From the NCBI RefSeq assembly GCF_000025945.1, contig NC_006138.1, positions 1,560,001-1,592,000 on the forward strand: 32,000 bases of DNA, given 5' to 3'. Positions 25,047 through 32,000 of the stretch are shown here, piece by piece (position 1 is the stretch's first letter; each line of letters begins with the position of its first letter). The DNA comes from Desulfotalea psychrophila LSv54. GTDB taxonomy: Bacteria > Desulfobacterota > Desulfobulbia > Desulfobulbales > Desulfocapsaceae. The notes below the pieces were generated by a model, which did not search any database, had not been told where the DNA came from, and was given only the letters and a program-made list of their open reading frames with translations. A program made the position numbers and the translations under genes.

Positions 25047-26168
25047 TTATTTGATGCTGATGAGTTGTAAAAAATCATTTTTGTAAGTGACTGGGTATCC
25101 TTTTGCTATTATCGTCTTTCCGCTTTGATCCCGCCATGTGTATTCCTTATTGTTACTGAGATAGAGATATACAAGTTTTGTGTATCCTTTAGCAGGTATT
25201 TGATATCTGTTGTAGGCACAGTAGGTATTGCCTTTGGCAGTTGTCCATGCACAGATTTCAGTGGTTTCTGCTAATGTTTTTATTTCCGGTTCCCTTTCTG
25301 CTTGGTGAAAAGCAGTTTTTTGAGATTTTTCTGTTATGTTTGGCTGTGGCGTGACATTTTGCACAGATGGTGCTACTTGAATTGAATGCTTAGTGGGTGG
25401 CTGTAGCTGTGAAAATCTTGGTAAAAAAAGGGGAATTGCTAAAAATATGACCAAGCAACATGTTGCAATTATAGTCTTTTGTTGCCATGTGAAGCTCTGC
25501 TTTTTAGGTTGATTCTGGTCATATTGTAATGTTGTCCCATCAATCAAAACTACCCCAGATAAGCGAGCAAACTCTATTGCTTCATGAGTAAATGTTCCTG
25601 ACGTGACTACAAATGCACCATCTAAATGGTGAGCCTGCATAACACCGTATATTTCACGGATAACAGTAACTCCTACTCGATAGACCTTCCAGTGTTTGCA
25701 CTGAACAATATATTTTTTCTCGTCTCTTTTTAGCCAAACATCAACCCCACCATCAGAACTTTGCTTGATGTTGTTTTTTACCCTGTAGCCTTGATTTTTA
25801 AAATATTCTCCTGTGAAATATTCGAAATCTTGCCATGTTAATTCGGTCACAGATTCTTTTTCAAAAGCAGTTTTAGTTGCTCTTTTGTAGAGAAATTTTT
25901 TGAACAATGACTGGATAGCTCCAATAACAAGAGAAAAAGGCACGACAACTTGTCCAAATATAGCAATTGTTTGTAGAACACGAGGCAGGATAGAGGCAAA
26001 GAGCCCCTCTATTCCCATTTGAGGCGGGGGAAGTGGTTTTATTGCAAAGTAATGCAGCAAGGTAAAAGAAAGAAGTGCACAAACAAGGTAAAGCCACCAA
26101 GGAAGGTCTGAGAAACAAAGGTCTATAAAATTTTCTAGTGTACTTTTTCTTTTATTTGACATAAGCAA
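25047..26168 (-). CDS. Membrane-anchored Mrr-like (Mrr_cat type) restriction endonuclease-fold protein with an extra TM helix and an unknown C-terminal domain
   Basis: N-terminal TM helices are followed by WQDFEYFTGEYFKNQGYRV...DGGVDVWLKRDEKKYIVQCKHW (a D...QxK nuclease core), GAFVVTSGTFT, a further TM helix (IIATCCLVIFLAIPLFL), and about 120 aa of unknown fold. Confidence 0.75.
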   Translation of the reverse strand: MLMSNKRKSTLENFIDLCFSDLPWWLYLVCALLSFTLLHYFAIKPLPPPQMGIEGLFASILPRVLQTIAIFGQVVVPFSLVIGAIQSLFKKFLYKRATKTAFEKESVTELTWQDFEYFTGEYFKNQGYRVKNNIKQSSDGGVDVWLKRDEKKYIVQCKHWKVYRVGVTVIREIYGVMQAHHLDGAFVVTSGTFTHEAIEFARLSGVVLIDGTTLQYDQNQPKKQSFTWQQKTIIATCCLVIFLAIPLFLPRFSQLQPPTKHSIQVAPSVQNVTPQPNITEKSQKTAFHQAEREPEIKTLAETTEICAWTTAKGNTYCAYNRYQIPAKGYTKLVYLYLSNNKEYTWRDQSGKTIIAKGYPVTYKNDFLQLISIK

Positions 26169-26341
26169 TCAAACGATTCATCCAGGTCGTGGCTGACCTC
26201 TAGCCAAGACTTTTCGATAGAAACTTTTCGCATTGTTAACTTGATTTCGTAGAGATCTTCCTCTGCAATGTTAGAAGAAAGTATGTCGGCAATACTCCCT
26301 ATCCCTTCAAGTAAACTTCTATTTATGGTTGAGAATTTCAT
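26135..26341 (-). CDS. Small acidic hypothetical protein (68 aa) overlapping the start of the nuclease gene
   Basis: ORF only, with an ATG start. Its 3' end overlaps the nuclease ORF by about 30 nt. Confidence 0.35.
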   Translation of the reverse strand: MKFSTINRSLLEGIGSIADILSSNIAEEDLYEIKLTMRKVSIEKSWLEVSHDLDESFDCLCQIKEKVH

Positions 26342-26512
26342 AGCCTAATAATATACATGTTGGAGCTATCCTGTCAATATATGGAGGAACGTTAAGTGTG
26401 GATGAATATTTTCTATAGGGTGGTTAATACGGGTATTTTGAAGAAACAATGGGTGGGGAGGTGAGAACGAGTGTTTTTTGTGCGTCCTCTGCACTTATCT
26501 TGCACGTAAAAC

Positions 26513-26552
26513 AAAAAAAGGGCCTTAAAAGCTTTATCAGCTCTTAAGGCCC
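26513..26552 (-). terminator. Rho-independent terminator of tRNA-Pro
   Basis: The minus strand reads GGGCCTTAAGAGCT-gataa-AGCTTTTAAGGCCC followed by TTTTTTTGTTTT. Confidence 0.8.
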
Positions 26553-26563
26553 TATGCAAATAA

Positions 26564-26641
26564 TGGTCGGAATGAGAGGATTCGAACCTCCGGCCCCTTG
26601 TCCCCCAGACAAGTGCGCTAACCAGGCTGCGCTACATTCCG
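26564..26641 (-). tRNA. tRNA-Pro (anticodon GGG)
   Basis: The minus strand reads CGGAATG-TA-GCGC-AGCCTGGTTA-GCGC-A-CTTGT-CTGGGGG-ACAAG-GGGCC-GGAGG-TTCGAAT-CCTCT-CATTCCG-A-CCA. This is a full cloverleaf with a 7-nt anticodon loop (GGG at positions 34-36, G37) and an encoded CCA. Confidence 0.92.
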
Positions 26642-26651
26642 ACACAGGAGT

Positions 26652-26680
26652 TTTTTACCATTTGTGGTCCTGTAAGTCAA
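26652..26680 (-). promoter_or_regulatory. Candidate sigma70-type promoter of tRNA-Pro
   Basis: The minus strand reads TTGACT-N17-TAAAAA, ending about 10 nt before the tRNA 5' end. Confidence 0.45.
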
Positions 26681-26687
26681 TAGAATA

Positions 26688-27059
26688 TTAGTCCTTATCG
26701 AGGAGTTTTTTCAGGTCGTGCATCTCCCTTTGCAAATCCTGTAAATTTTCTGAATATTTGGCAAATGGCTTTGGCCTTTGGTGGGCGATGAGAGGGGCGG
26801 TGATGGCCAGCTGGGAAGGTGTTGCAAAGAACCTGCTGTGTGCCTTGGTAATGGTGAAAGCACGGTGATGAAGGAGATCCTGGGGATGGAGAATGAGATT
26901 TATCTTTTCATGGGGTTAGAGGCCTTGACCTGAGCGGTTAGGTCTGGAGTGAGAGCAGGAAATTGAGACTTCCAGTAAGGCAGGACATGGGTGGAAGCCA
27001 GCAATTTTAGCTACCTCACCAATCTTAAAATATGGCTTAGTGGGGATTTTTATTGCCAA
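26688..27059 (-). pseudogene. MerR-family regulator (the type found downstream of ihfA), disrupted
   Basis: KPYFKIGEVAKIAGFHP matches a MerR HTH start. The expected next segment, HVLPYWKSQFPALTP, is readable only in the +1 frame. The original frame resumes at RPNRSGQGL, then hits TAA (26916-26918), then stays open for 75 more codons (PHEKINLILHPQDLLHHRAFTI...LKKLLDKD). Confidence 0.5.
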
Positions 27060-27157
27060 GGTCCATAAAAATCTGAAAAAAGGGATAATGAGCTTATTCG
27101 TTATCGGCAAAATAATTATACAGAAAAAAGAAGAGGTGGAGCAAGAGGGGGGAAACC

Positions 27158-27191
27158 GTGTATGGAGCTTTCAGTTGAAAGCTCCATACAC
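27158..27191 (-). terminator. Hairpin terminator after ihfA
   Basis: GTGTATGGAGCTTTCA / TGAAAGCTCCATACAC form a 16-nt perfect inverted repeat. A pyrimidine and T-rich tract follows downstream on the minus strand. Confidence 0.7.
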
Positions 27192-27216
27192 AGGGATGGT
27201 GCAGTAAGAAAGAGAT

Positions 27217-27510
27217 CTACTCGTTAACTTGCTCTCTGAGCTTCTTACTTGGACGGAAACTAACCGCCTGGCGCTTGGTGATGGTGATGGGCTCACCGGT
27301 ACGTGGGTTACGACCGGTACGTGGTGCTTTATCACGAACGGTGAAGGTACCAAAATGTACCAACTTGATGGACTCACCTTCAATTAAAGCATCTTTCATT
27401 TTTCCCAAAAAGCTATCAACGATCTCGGAACAGATGTTCTGAGAATAGCCAAGTTGTCCTGTGAGTTCTTCGGCTATTTCTTTACGGGTTAAATTTGTTT
27501 GGTCATGCAT
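27217..27510 (-). CDS. ihfA: Integration host factor subunit alpha (IHF/HU fold)
   Basis: LTRKEIAEEL...VHFGTFTVRDKAPRTGRNPRTGEPITITKRQAVSFRPSKKLRE. It sits in the conserved position after pheT. ATG at 27510 overlaps the pheT stop. Confidence 0.85.
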   Translation of the reverse strand: MHDQTNLTRKEIAEELTGQLGYSQNICSEIVDSFLGKMKDALIEGESIKLVHFGTFTVRDKAPRTGRNPRTGEPITITKRQAVSFRPSKKLREQVNE

Positions 27511-29953
27511 CTCGGAAACTCCCTCCAAATCGATCTGTCAGTAAACTTACTATTTTTGAATGGGATTTTTCCACATTTTTTTCAGTAAGTGTCTTTGTTT
27601 GAGAGCGGTAGGTAATAGATACCGCAACGCTCTTATATCCTTTCTGGATCTTGCCGCCCTCGAATACGTCAAAAATCTCTGCGTATTCCATGAGCTTGTC
27701 TCGGCTTGACCGCACTGTAGCAAGTAATTCACCTGCGGATATGCTTGCTGGCACAACCAGAGCAATATCACGCTTTACTGCAGGGTACACAGGTAGTGAA
27801 CTAAAGGCTTTGGTTTGTGGGCTAAGCGCGCAGAGCGCATCAAAGTTGAGGTCGAAATAGTAAACCTCGTGTTTGATACCGAAGCTTTTCAACACCTCTT
27901 CTTCGACCTTTCCGATGGTACCAAGTACATTGGGGCCAAGGTGAATGGTAAGGGCATAGTCTTGTGTTGAAAAAGGCTCACGCGCACCTTCAGGCGGTAC
28001 TGTAAACTCGATTTTCTCATTATTTGCAAGGTCTGTGAGTCCCATTTCTGATAAAATAAACTCAACAGTGCCTTTTGCATCGAAAATATCGACATTTGCG
28101 CTCTTAAAATAAAGCGAAGAGCTCTCTCCAAATTTGTTGCCGGAGAGGACACCTGTGATGCACTGACGCTCAATTGGCTGAACATCCTCACCCTGGGCGA
28201 GGAATATCTTACCGATCTCAAAAAGTTTTACTGCAGTCTTTTGGAAGCTGATGTTACGTTTTACATTCTCAAGCAGACTCGGTAGGAGGCAGGCCCGCAT
28301 AACGGCCTGTTCTTCGCTGAGAGGGTTGAGAAGGGTGACTACCTTGCGACGGTAGTCCTGCTCGCTGAGTTGAAGCATGTCAGCATGTTGAGCAGTGACA
28401 AAACTATAGTTAATGGCCTCGTTGAAGCCTATTCTGGTAAGTTTTAGGGCAAGAGGATAACGCTTGAGGCGGTCGTCGTCCTGCTCCGGGTAACTTAGAG
28501 CTACCAGTGGGGTTGCGGTGGGCACATTGTCATAACCATAGATTCTGGCAATTTCCTCCACCAAATCTGCCTCGCGCTCGATATCGATACGAAAGGTTGG
28601 AGCGGTGACCAGCAGGATATCCTCATTCTCAGGATCCTTCTCCACCACCATTTCAATGGAGGTGAGCATTGCCGTCAGTTCTTCTCCGCTAAACTCAACG
28701 CCAATAAGGGAAGAGGTTCTGGATATAGAAAATCTTTGCACTTCAACGGCTTTCTTGCCATCGTAGTTGTCGATGCCTTCAGAACAGAGGGCTCCGCCCG
28801 CAATCTCGGCGATGAGCTCTGCGGCCCGATCAAGGGCATTAACAACCCCACCCGGATCAACACCACGCTCGAAGCGATATGATGCCTCGGAGGGGAGTTT
28901 GAGGTTTCTGGCAGTCTTACGTACAGAGACGGGGTTGAAACAGGCACTCTCTAAGAGGATATCGGTACTTTCAGCATCGATCTCGGAGTTTGCCCCACCC
29001 ATAACGCCGGCTACGGCAATGGGTTTATCGGCATCACAGATGAGAAGCATCTCGGCGCTGATTTCTCGCTTTGTGCCATCAAGGGTAGTGATTTCTGTCT
29101 CATTTTCTCTTGGCAGACGGACAACAATCTTGTTACCAGCGACCTTCTTAAAGTCAAAGGCATGCAGGGGTTGACCGTATTCGAGCATAACAAAGTTTGT
29201 GATATCAACGATGTTATTAATCGGACGCATGCCCACAGAAACAAGAAGTTTACGCAACCACCAGGGTGATTTGCCAACCGTTACGTTTTTGATGAGCTTG
29301 GCCGTATAACGTGGACAGAGTTCAGATGACTCCACCTCTACGCTAAAATCACGAGACTCTGCCTCTATCTGTCGATCCTTTACCGGGATCTGCAGAGGGC
29401 GACCGATCTTACCGGCAATTTCCCGGGCAGTACCAATAACAGAGGCACAGTCAGGACGATTGGGGGTGAGATCTACTTCGATAAAGGTATCGCTGAGTTC
29501 CATGGCGTCGATGAATCGCTGACCATGGGCCATGCCCTCGGGAAGCTCCATGATACCATCGTGGTCTTCACCGATACCCAGCTCACGCTCAGAACAGAGC
29601 ATGCCTGCTGAGGCAATACCACGTACCTTGGATTTTTTGATTTTAAAGTTACCGGGGAGTACAGCACCTGGTAGGGCTACGGTAACGGCAAGTCCCTCGC
29701 GAACATTCGGGGCACCACAGACAATTTGGTGAGTATCGTCACCAACCTGTACCTGACACAGACTTAACTTGTCTGCATCGGGGTGTTTTTCGCAGGAAAT
29801 TACAAGACCTGTCTTTAGTGCTGCCAGCTCTTCAAAGATTGGCGCAACACTATCAACCTCAAGACCGAGCATGGTCAGCTTGTCAGCTATCTCGGTTGGA
29901 GTGAGTCCCGTTGTATCTACATATTTTTGTAACCAGTTAAGCGTAAACTTCAT
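27503..29953 (-). CDS. pheT: Phenylalanine--tRNA ligase beta subunit
   Basis: 816-aa ORF starting MKFTLNWLQKYVD, with tRNA-binding, B3/4, B5 and FDX-ACB style segments. It directly follows pheS. Confidence 0.95.
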   Translation of the reverse strand: MKFTLNWLQKYVDTTGLTPTEIADKLTMLGLEVDSVAPIFEELAALKTGLVISCEKHPDADKLSLCQVQVGDDTHQIVCGAPNVREGLAVTVALPGAVLPGNFKIKKSKVRGIASAGMLCSERELGIGEDHDGIMELPEGMAHGQRFIDAMELSDTFIEVDLTPNRPDCASVIGTAREIAGKIGRPLQIPVKDRQIEAESRDFSVEVESSELCPRYTAKLIKNVTVGKSPWWLRKLLVSVGMRPINNIVDITNFVMLEYGQPLHAFDFKKVAGNKIVVRLPRENETEITTLDGTKREISAEMLLICDADKPIAVAGVMGGANSEIDAESTDILLESACFNPVSVRKTARNLKLPSEASYRFERGVDPGGVVNALDRAAELIAEIAGGALCSEGIDNYDGKKAVEVQRFSISRTSSLIGVEFSGEELTAMLTSIEMVVEKDPENEDILLVTAPTFRIDIEREADLVEEIARIYGYDNVPTATPLVALSYPEQDDDRLKRYPLALKLTRIGFNEAINYSFVTAQHADMLQLSEQDYRRKVVTLLNPLSEEQAVMRACLLPSLLENVKRNISFQKTAVKLFEIGKIFLAQGEDVQPIERQCITGVLSGNKFGESSSLYFKSANVDIFDAKGTVEFILSEMGLTDLANNEKIEFTVPPEGAREPFSTQDYALTIHLGPNVLGTIGKVEEEVLKSFGIKHEVYYFDLNFDALCALSPQTKAFSSLPVYPAVKRDIALVVPASISAGELLATVRSSRDKLMEYAEIFDVFEGGKIQKGYKSVAVSITYRSQTKTLTEKNVEKSHSKIVSLLTDRFGGSFRDA

Positions 29954-29977
29954 GGCATGTGTATTTTGGGGAAGGTG

Positions 29978-30994
29978 TTAAAACTGTGAGAGAAAACGTT
30001 GGTCGTTTTCGTAAAATAGTCGTATGTCATCGATTCGGTACTTGAGCATGGCAATACGCTCGATACCGAGTCCAAAGGCAAAACCACTGTACACTTCTGG
30101 ATCATAACCAACCATTTTAAATACTTCTGGGTCAACCATGCCAGCGCCGAGAATTTCCAACCAGCCAGTCTTTTTACAAACGCGACATCCTTTTCCGCCA
30201 CACATAACACAGGCAATATCAACCTCTGCACTTGGTTCGGTGAATGGGAAGAAACTTGGACGGAATCTTACAGGAAGGTCTTGTTTAAATATTTTTTGCA
30301 AAAAGAGGGTGAGGACACCCTTGAGATCGGCAAAGGATATGTTCTTGTCAACCAAGAGACCCTCTACCTGATGAAACATCGGGGTATGGGTGATATCGGA
30401 GTCGCAACGATATACCTTACCGGGGGCGATCATGCGCAGTGGTGGATCTTGCTTTTCCATAACCCGAGCCTGCATAGGCGAAGTATGGGTACGAAGCAGG
30501 GTGGAGCCACTTACATAGAAGGTGTCATGCATATCTCTGGCCGGGTGGTGAGCCGGGATATTAAGTGCCTCAAAATTATAGTAATCTTGCTCAACATCTG
30601 GCCCTTCTGCCACAGAAAAACCCATGGCCTCGAAGATGGCACAAACTTCCTGCATAACCTGAGTTACAGGGTGAAGATTTCCCGCTGCAGGTTGACGACC
30701 AGGAAGAGTTAAGTCTGGAAGAGATTGATAGGTATCGGAAGACGAGGTTTGCTGGGAAAGAGAGGATCTCTTCTCTTCAAACTGCTCTTCTAACTGGGCT
30801 TTAATTGTATTGGCGAGTTGGCCAAGGCGGGGGCGATCTTCTGCAGGAGCAGATCCAAGCTGACGCATAACCGTAGTAAATAGTCCCTTACGACCAAGAT
30901 ATTTAATACGGAATTCTTCGAGTGATTCACTCGCGCAGATGGCGGTCAGGCTTGCCTTGGCTTCGTTCTCAAGGTTCTGTAGCTCTTGTTCCAT
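29978..30994 (-). CDS. pheS: Phenylalanine--tRNA ligase alpha subunit
   Basis: 338-aa ORF with class II motifs ([43 protein letters not shown]). Confidence 0.95.
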   Translation of the reverse strand: MEQELQNLENEAKASLTAICASESLEEFRIKYLGRKGLFTTVMRQLGSAPAEDRPRLGQLANTIKAQLEEQFEEKRSSLSQQTSSSDTYQSLPDLTLPGRQPAAGNLHPVTQVMQEVCAIFEAMGFSVAEGPDVEQDYYNFEALNIPAHHPARDMHDTFYVSGSTLLRTHTSPMQARVMEKQDPPLRMIAPGKVYRCDSDITHTPMFHQVEGLLVDKNISFADLKGVLTLFLQKIFKQDLPVRFRPSFFPFTEPSAEVDIACVMCGGKGCRVCKKTGWLEILGAGMVDPEVFKMVGYDPEVYSGFAFGLGIERIAMLKYRIDDIRLFYENDQRFLSQF

Positions 30995-31076
30995 AATTCC
31001 AGAAAGGTAGTGGGGGAATGTTGAAAATAAATTTTCAAGTAATCCCTTTTTGTTCGATGAATGTCAATGAAACAGC

Positions 31077-31110
31077 ATGCCGGTTCACGGAAAAAACCAT
31101 GAACCGGCAT
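31077..31110 (-). terminator. Hairpin between rplT and pheS (terminator or attenuator)
   Basis: ATGCCGGTTCA-N12-TGAACCGGCAT, an 11-bp perfect stem, followed on the minus strand by gctgtttcattg. Confidence 0.5.
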
Positions 31111-31209
31111 ACACAAAACACACACTATTTGTTGTTTTCAGACAGGAAGCAACAAACTGTAGAGAGGCAAACGTTGAGTTTAAAACCCTACATAAAAGCC
31201 AAAAAGCTC

Positions 31210-31566
31210 TTAAGCGTTTGCTTCCTTAGCGATAACACTCAGCTTGGTGAAAGCTGGAGCATCGAGTACTGCCAAGTTGGCAAGTACTTTTCTGTCAAGC
31301 TCAATACCAGCTTTAGCGAGACCACCGATAAATCTGCTGTAGTTGATGTCGTTCATCTTGGCACCAGCATTGATGCGGGTAATCCAAAGACGACGAAAAT
31401 CTCTCTTACGTTGCTTACGATCACGGTATGCGTAGCAAAGGGCGCGATCAACGGCCTCGGTAGCTGTCTTAAATAGACGCGAACGGGCGCCTCTGTAACC
31501 TTTAGCGAGTTTGAGAACCCGATTTCTTCGTCTGCGAGCTTTAAATCCTCGTGTAACGCGTGGCAT
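31210..31566 (-). CDS. rplT: 50S ribosomal protein L20
   Basis: [33 protein letters not shown]..., the canonical L20 sequence. Confidence 0.95.
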   Translation of the reverse strand: MPRVTRGFKARRRRNRVLKLAKGYRGARSRLFKTATEAVDRALCYAYRDRKQRKRDFRRLWITRINAGAKMNDINYSRFIGGLAKAGIELDRKVLANLAVLDAPAFTKLSVIAKEANA

Positions 31567-31667
31567 GAATAAACTCCTTATTCTTCATCCTACAGATAGT
31601 TTGTGTAGGAATTATAAACTAAAATCTAATTGTCTCTTTCAGGTACTGCTCAATATTGCTATTGAGA

Positions 31668-31865
31668 TTACATGTAAGGGAGAATTTTCTTAATATTTTT
31701 AACATCAGCTGAGGAAACAAGATCAGCCTGACGTAAAGAACGCTTACGCTTGGTAGATTTCTTGGTCAAAATATGGCTGGTAAACGCTTTACCACGCTTA
31801 ATTCTTCCTGAACCAGTTTTCTTGAAACGCTTAGCTGCGCCTCTATTAGTTTTCATCTTTGGCAT
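31668..31865 (-). CDS. rpmI: 50S ribosomal protein L35
   Basis: [42 protein letters not shown], with ATG at 31865 following AAGGAG. The track's upstream extension is not needed. Confidence 0.9.
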   Translation of the reverse strand: MPKMKTNRGAAKRFKKTGSGRIKRGKAFTSHILTKKSTKRKRSLRQADLVSSADVKNIKKILPYM

Positions 31866-32000
31866 GATAAATACTCCTTTGTGCTTCAATAAGCAGTACT
31901 GTTGAGAGCGTATTCAAGCAAATGCTGAAGACGGATGAAACATACAACAGCGCTAGTATTATGTGACAATGAGCTTAACGGGGCTCAAACTTATATTCCA

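Noticed and set aside
27550-30712. Numerous 60-143-aa ORFs on both strands inside pheT and pheS
   Set aside because: They are embedded in or antisense to two long, unmistakable aminoacyl-tRNA synthetase genes. These are typical shadow ORFs.
30995-31209. pheST leader-peptide attenuator like the E. coli pheM system
   Set aside because: No Phe-rich leader ORF is present. The only small ORF ([21 protein letters not shown]) has two Phe. Only the hairpin at 31077-31110 is reported.
31890-32000. 3' end of infC, expected upstream of rpmI
   Set aside because: Only about 110 nt are available. None of the minus-strand frames gives a C-terminus I can recognise as IF3, so no feature is called.
1-32000. 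CRISPR arrays, rRNA genes, intact IS transposases, prophage structural genes
   Set aside because: I scanned for regularly spaced direct repeats, rRNA-like conserved stretches and long transposase or integrase ORFs, and found none.

Overview
This is a 32-kb chromosomal window from a Gram-negative bacterium. Gene content and the pheS-pheT-ihfA-MerR layout look proteobacterial or Desulfobacterota-like, but I cannot verify taxonomy here. Two conserved blocks frame a mosaic accessory stretch.

Left block (1-5.3 kb): an iron(III) ABC transporter permease and binding protein on the minus strand, brnQ, and a DUF134-type HTH gene with an unusual Gly/Gln hexapeptide-repeat tail.

Right block (26.5-32 kb, all minus strand): tRNA-Pro(GGG), a decayed MerR-like gene, ihfA, pheT, pheS, rplT and rpmI.

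Middle (about 5.4-26.5 kb): ordinary-looking genes are mixed with visibly AT-rich accessory segments.
- Ordinary-looking genes: an HD-GYP protein, a DUF1499 lipoprotein, a small (p)ppGpp-hydrolase-like HD protein, an NMT1-like binding protein translationally coupled to a Cache-HAMP-PP2C sensor phosphatase, a prolyl aminopeptidase, an NCS2 permease, rhlE, and a YkgJ-type Cys-cluster protein.
- Six same-orientation copies or relics of the tRNA-Pro 3' end, two of which carry the tRNA terminator as well.
- A run of unknown minus-strand ORFs separated by attC-like imperfect palindromes (RYYYAAC...GTTRRRY). This looks like an integron cassette array, but no integrase is in the window.
- A MITE family with 17-nt terminal inverted repeats (three copies).
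- A roughly 150-nt inverted repeat pair 16 kb apart.
- A second dispersed repeat family.
- A membrane-anchored Mrr-like nuclease islet next to the tRNA.
- Several genes broken at homopolymer tracts: a SieB-like gene at A7 and an unknown ORF at A10.

No rRNA and no CRISPR array were seen. No intact integrase or transposase was seen. Everything comes from reading the sequence by eye. Coordinates of non-ORF features may be off by a few nt, and family assignments are recollection-based and need HMM or BLAST confirmation.
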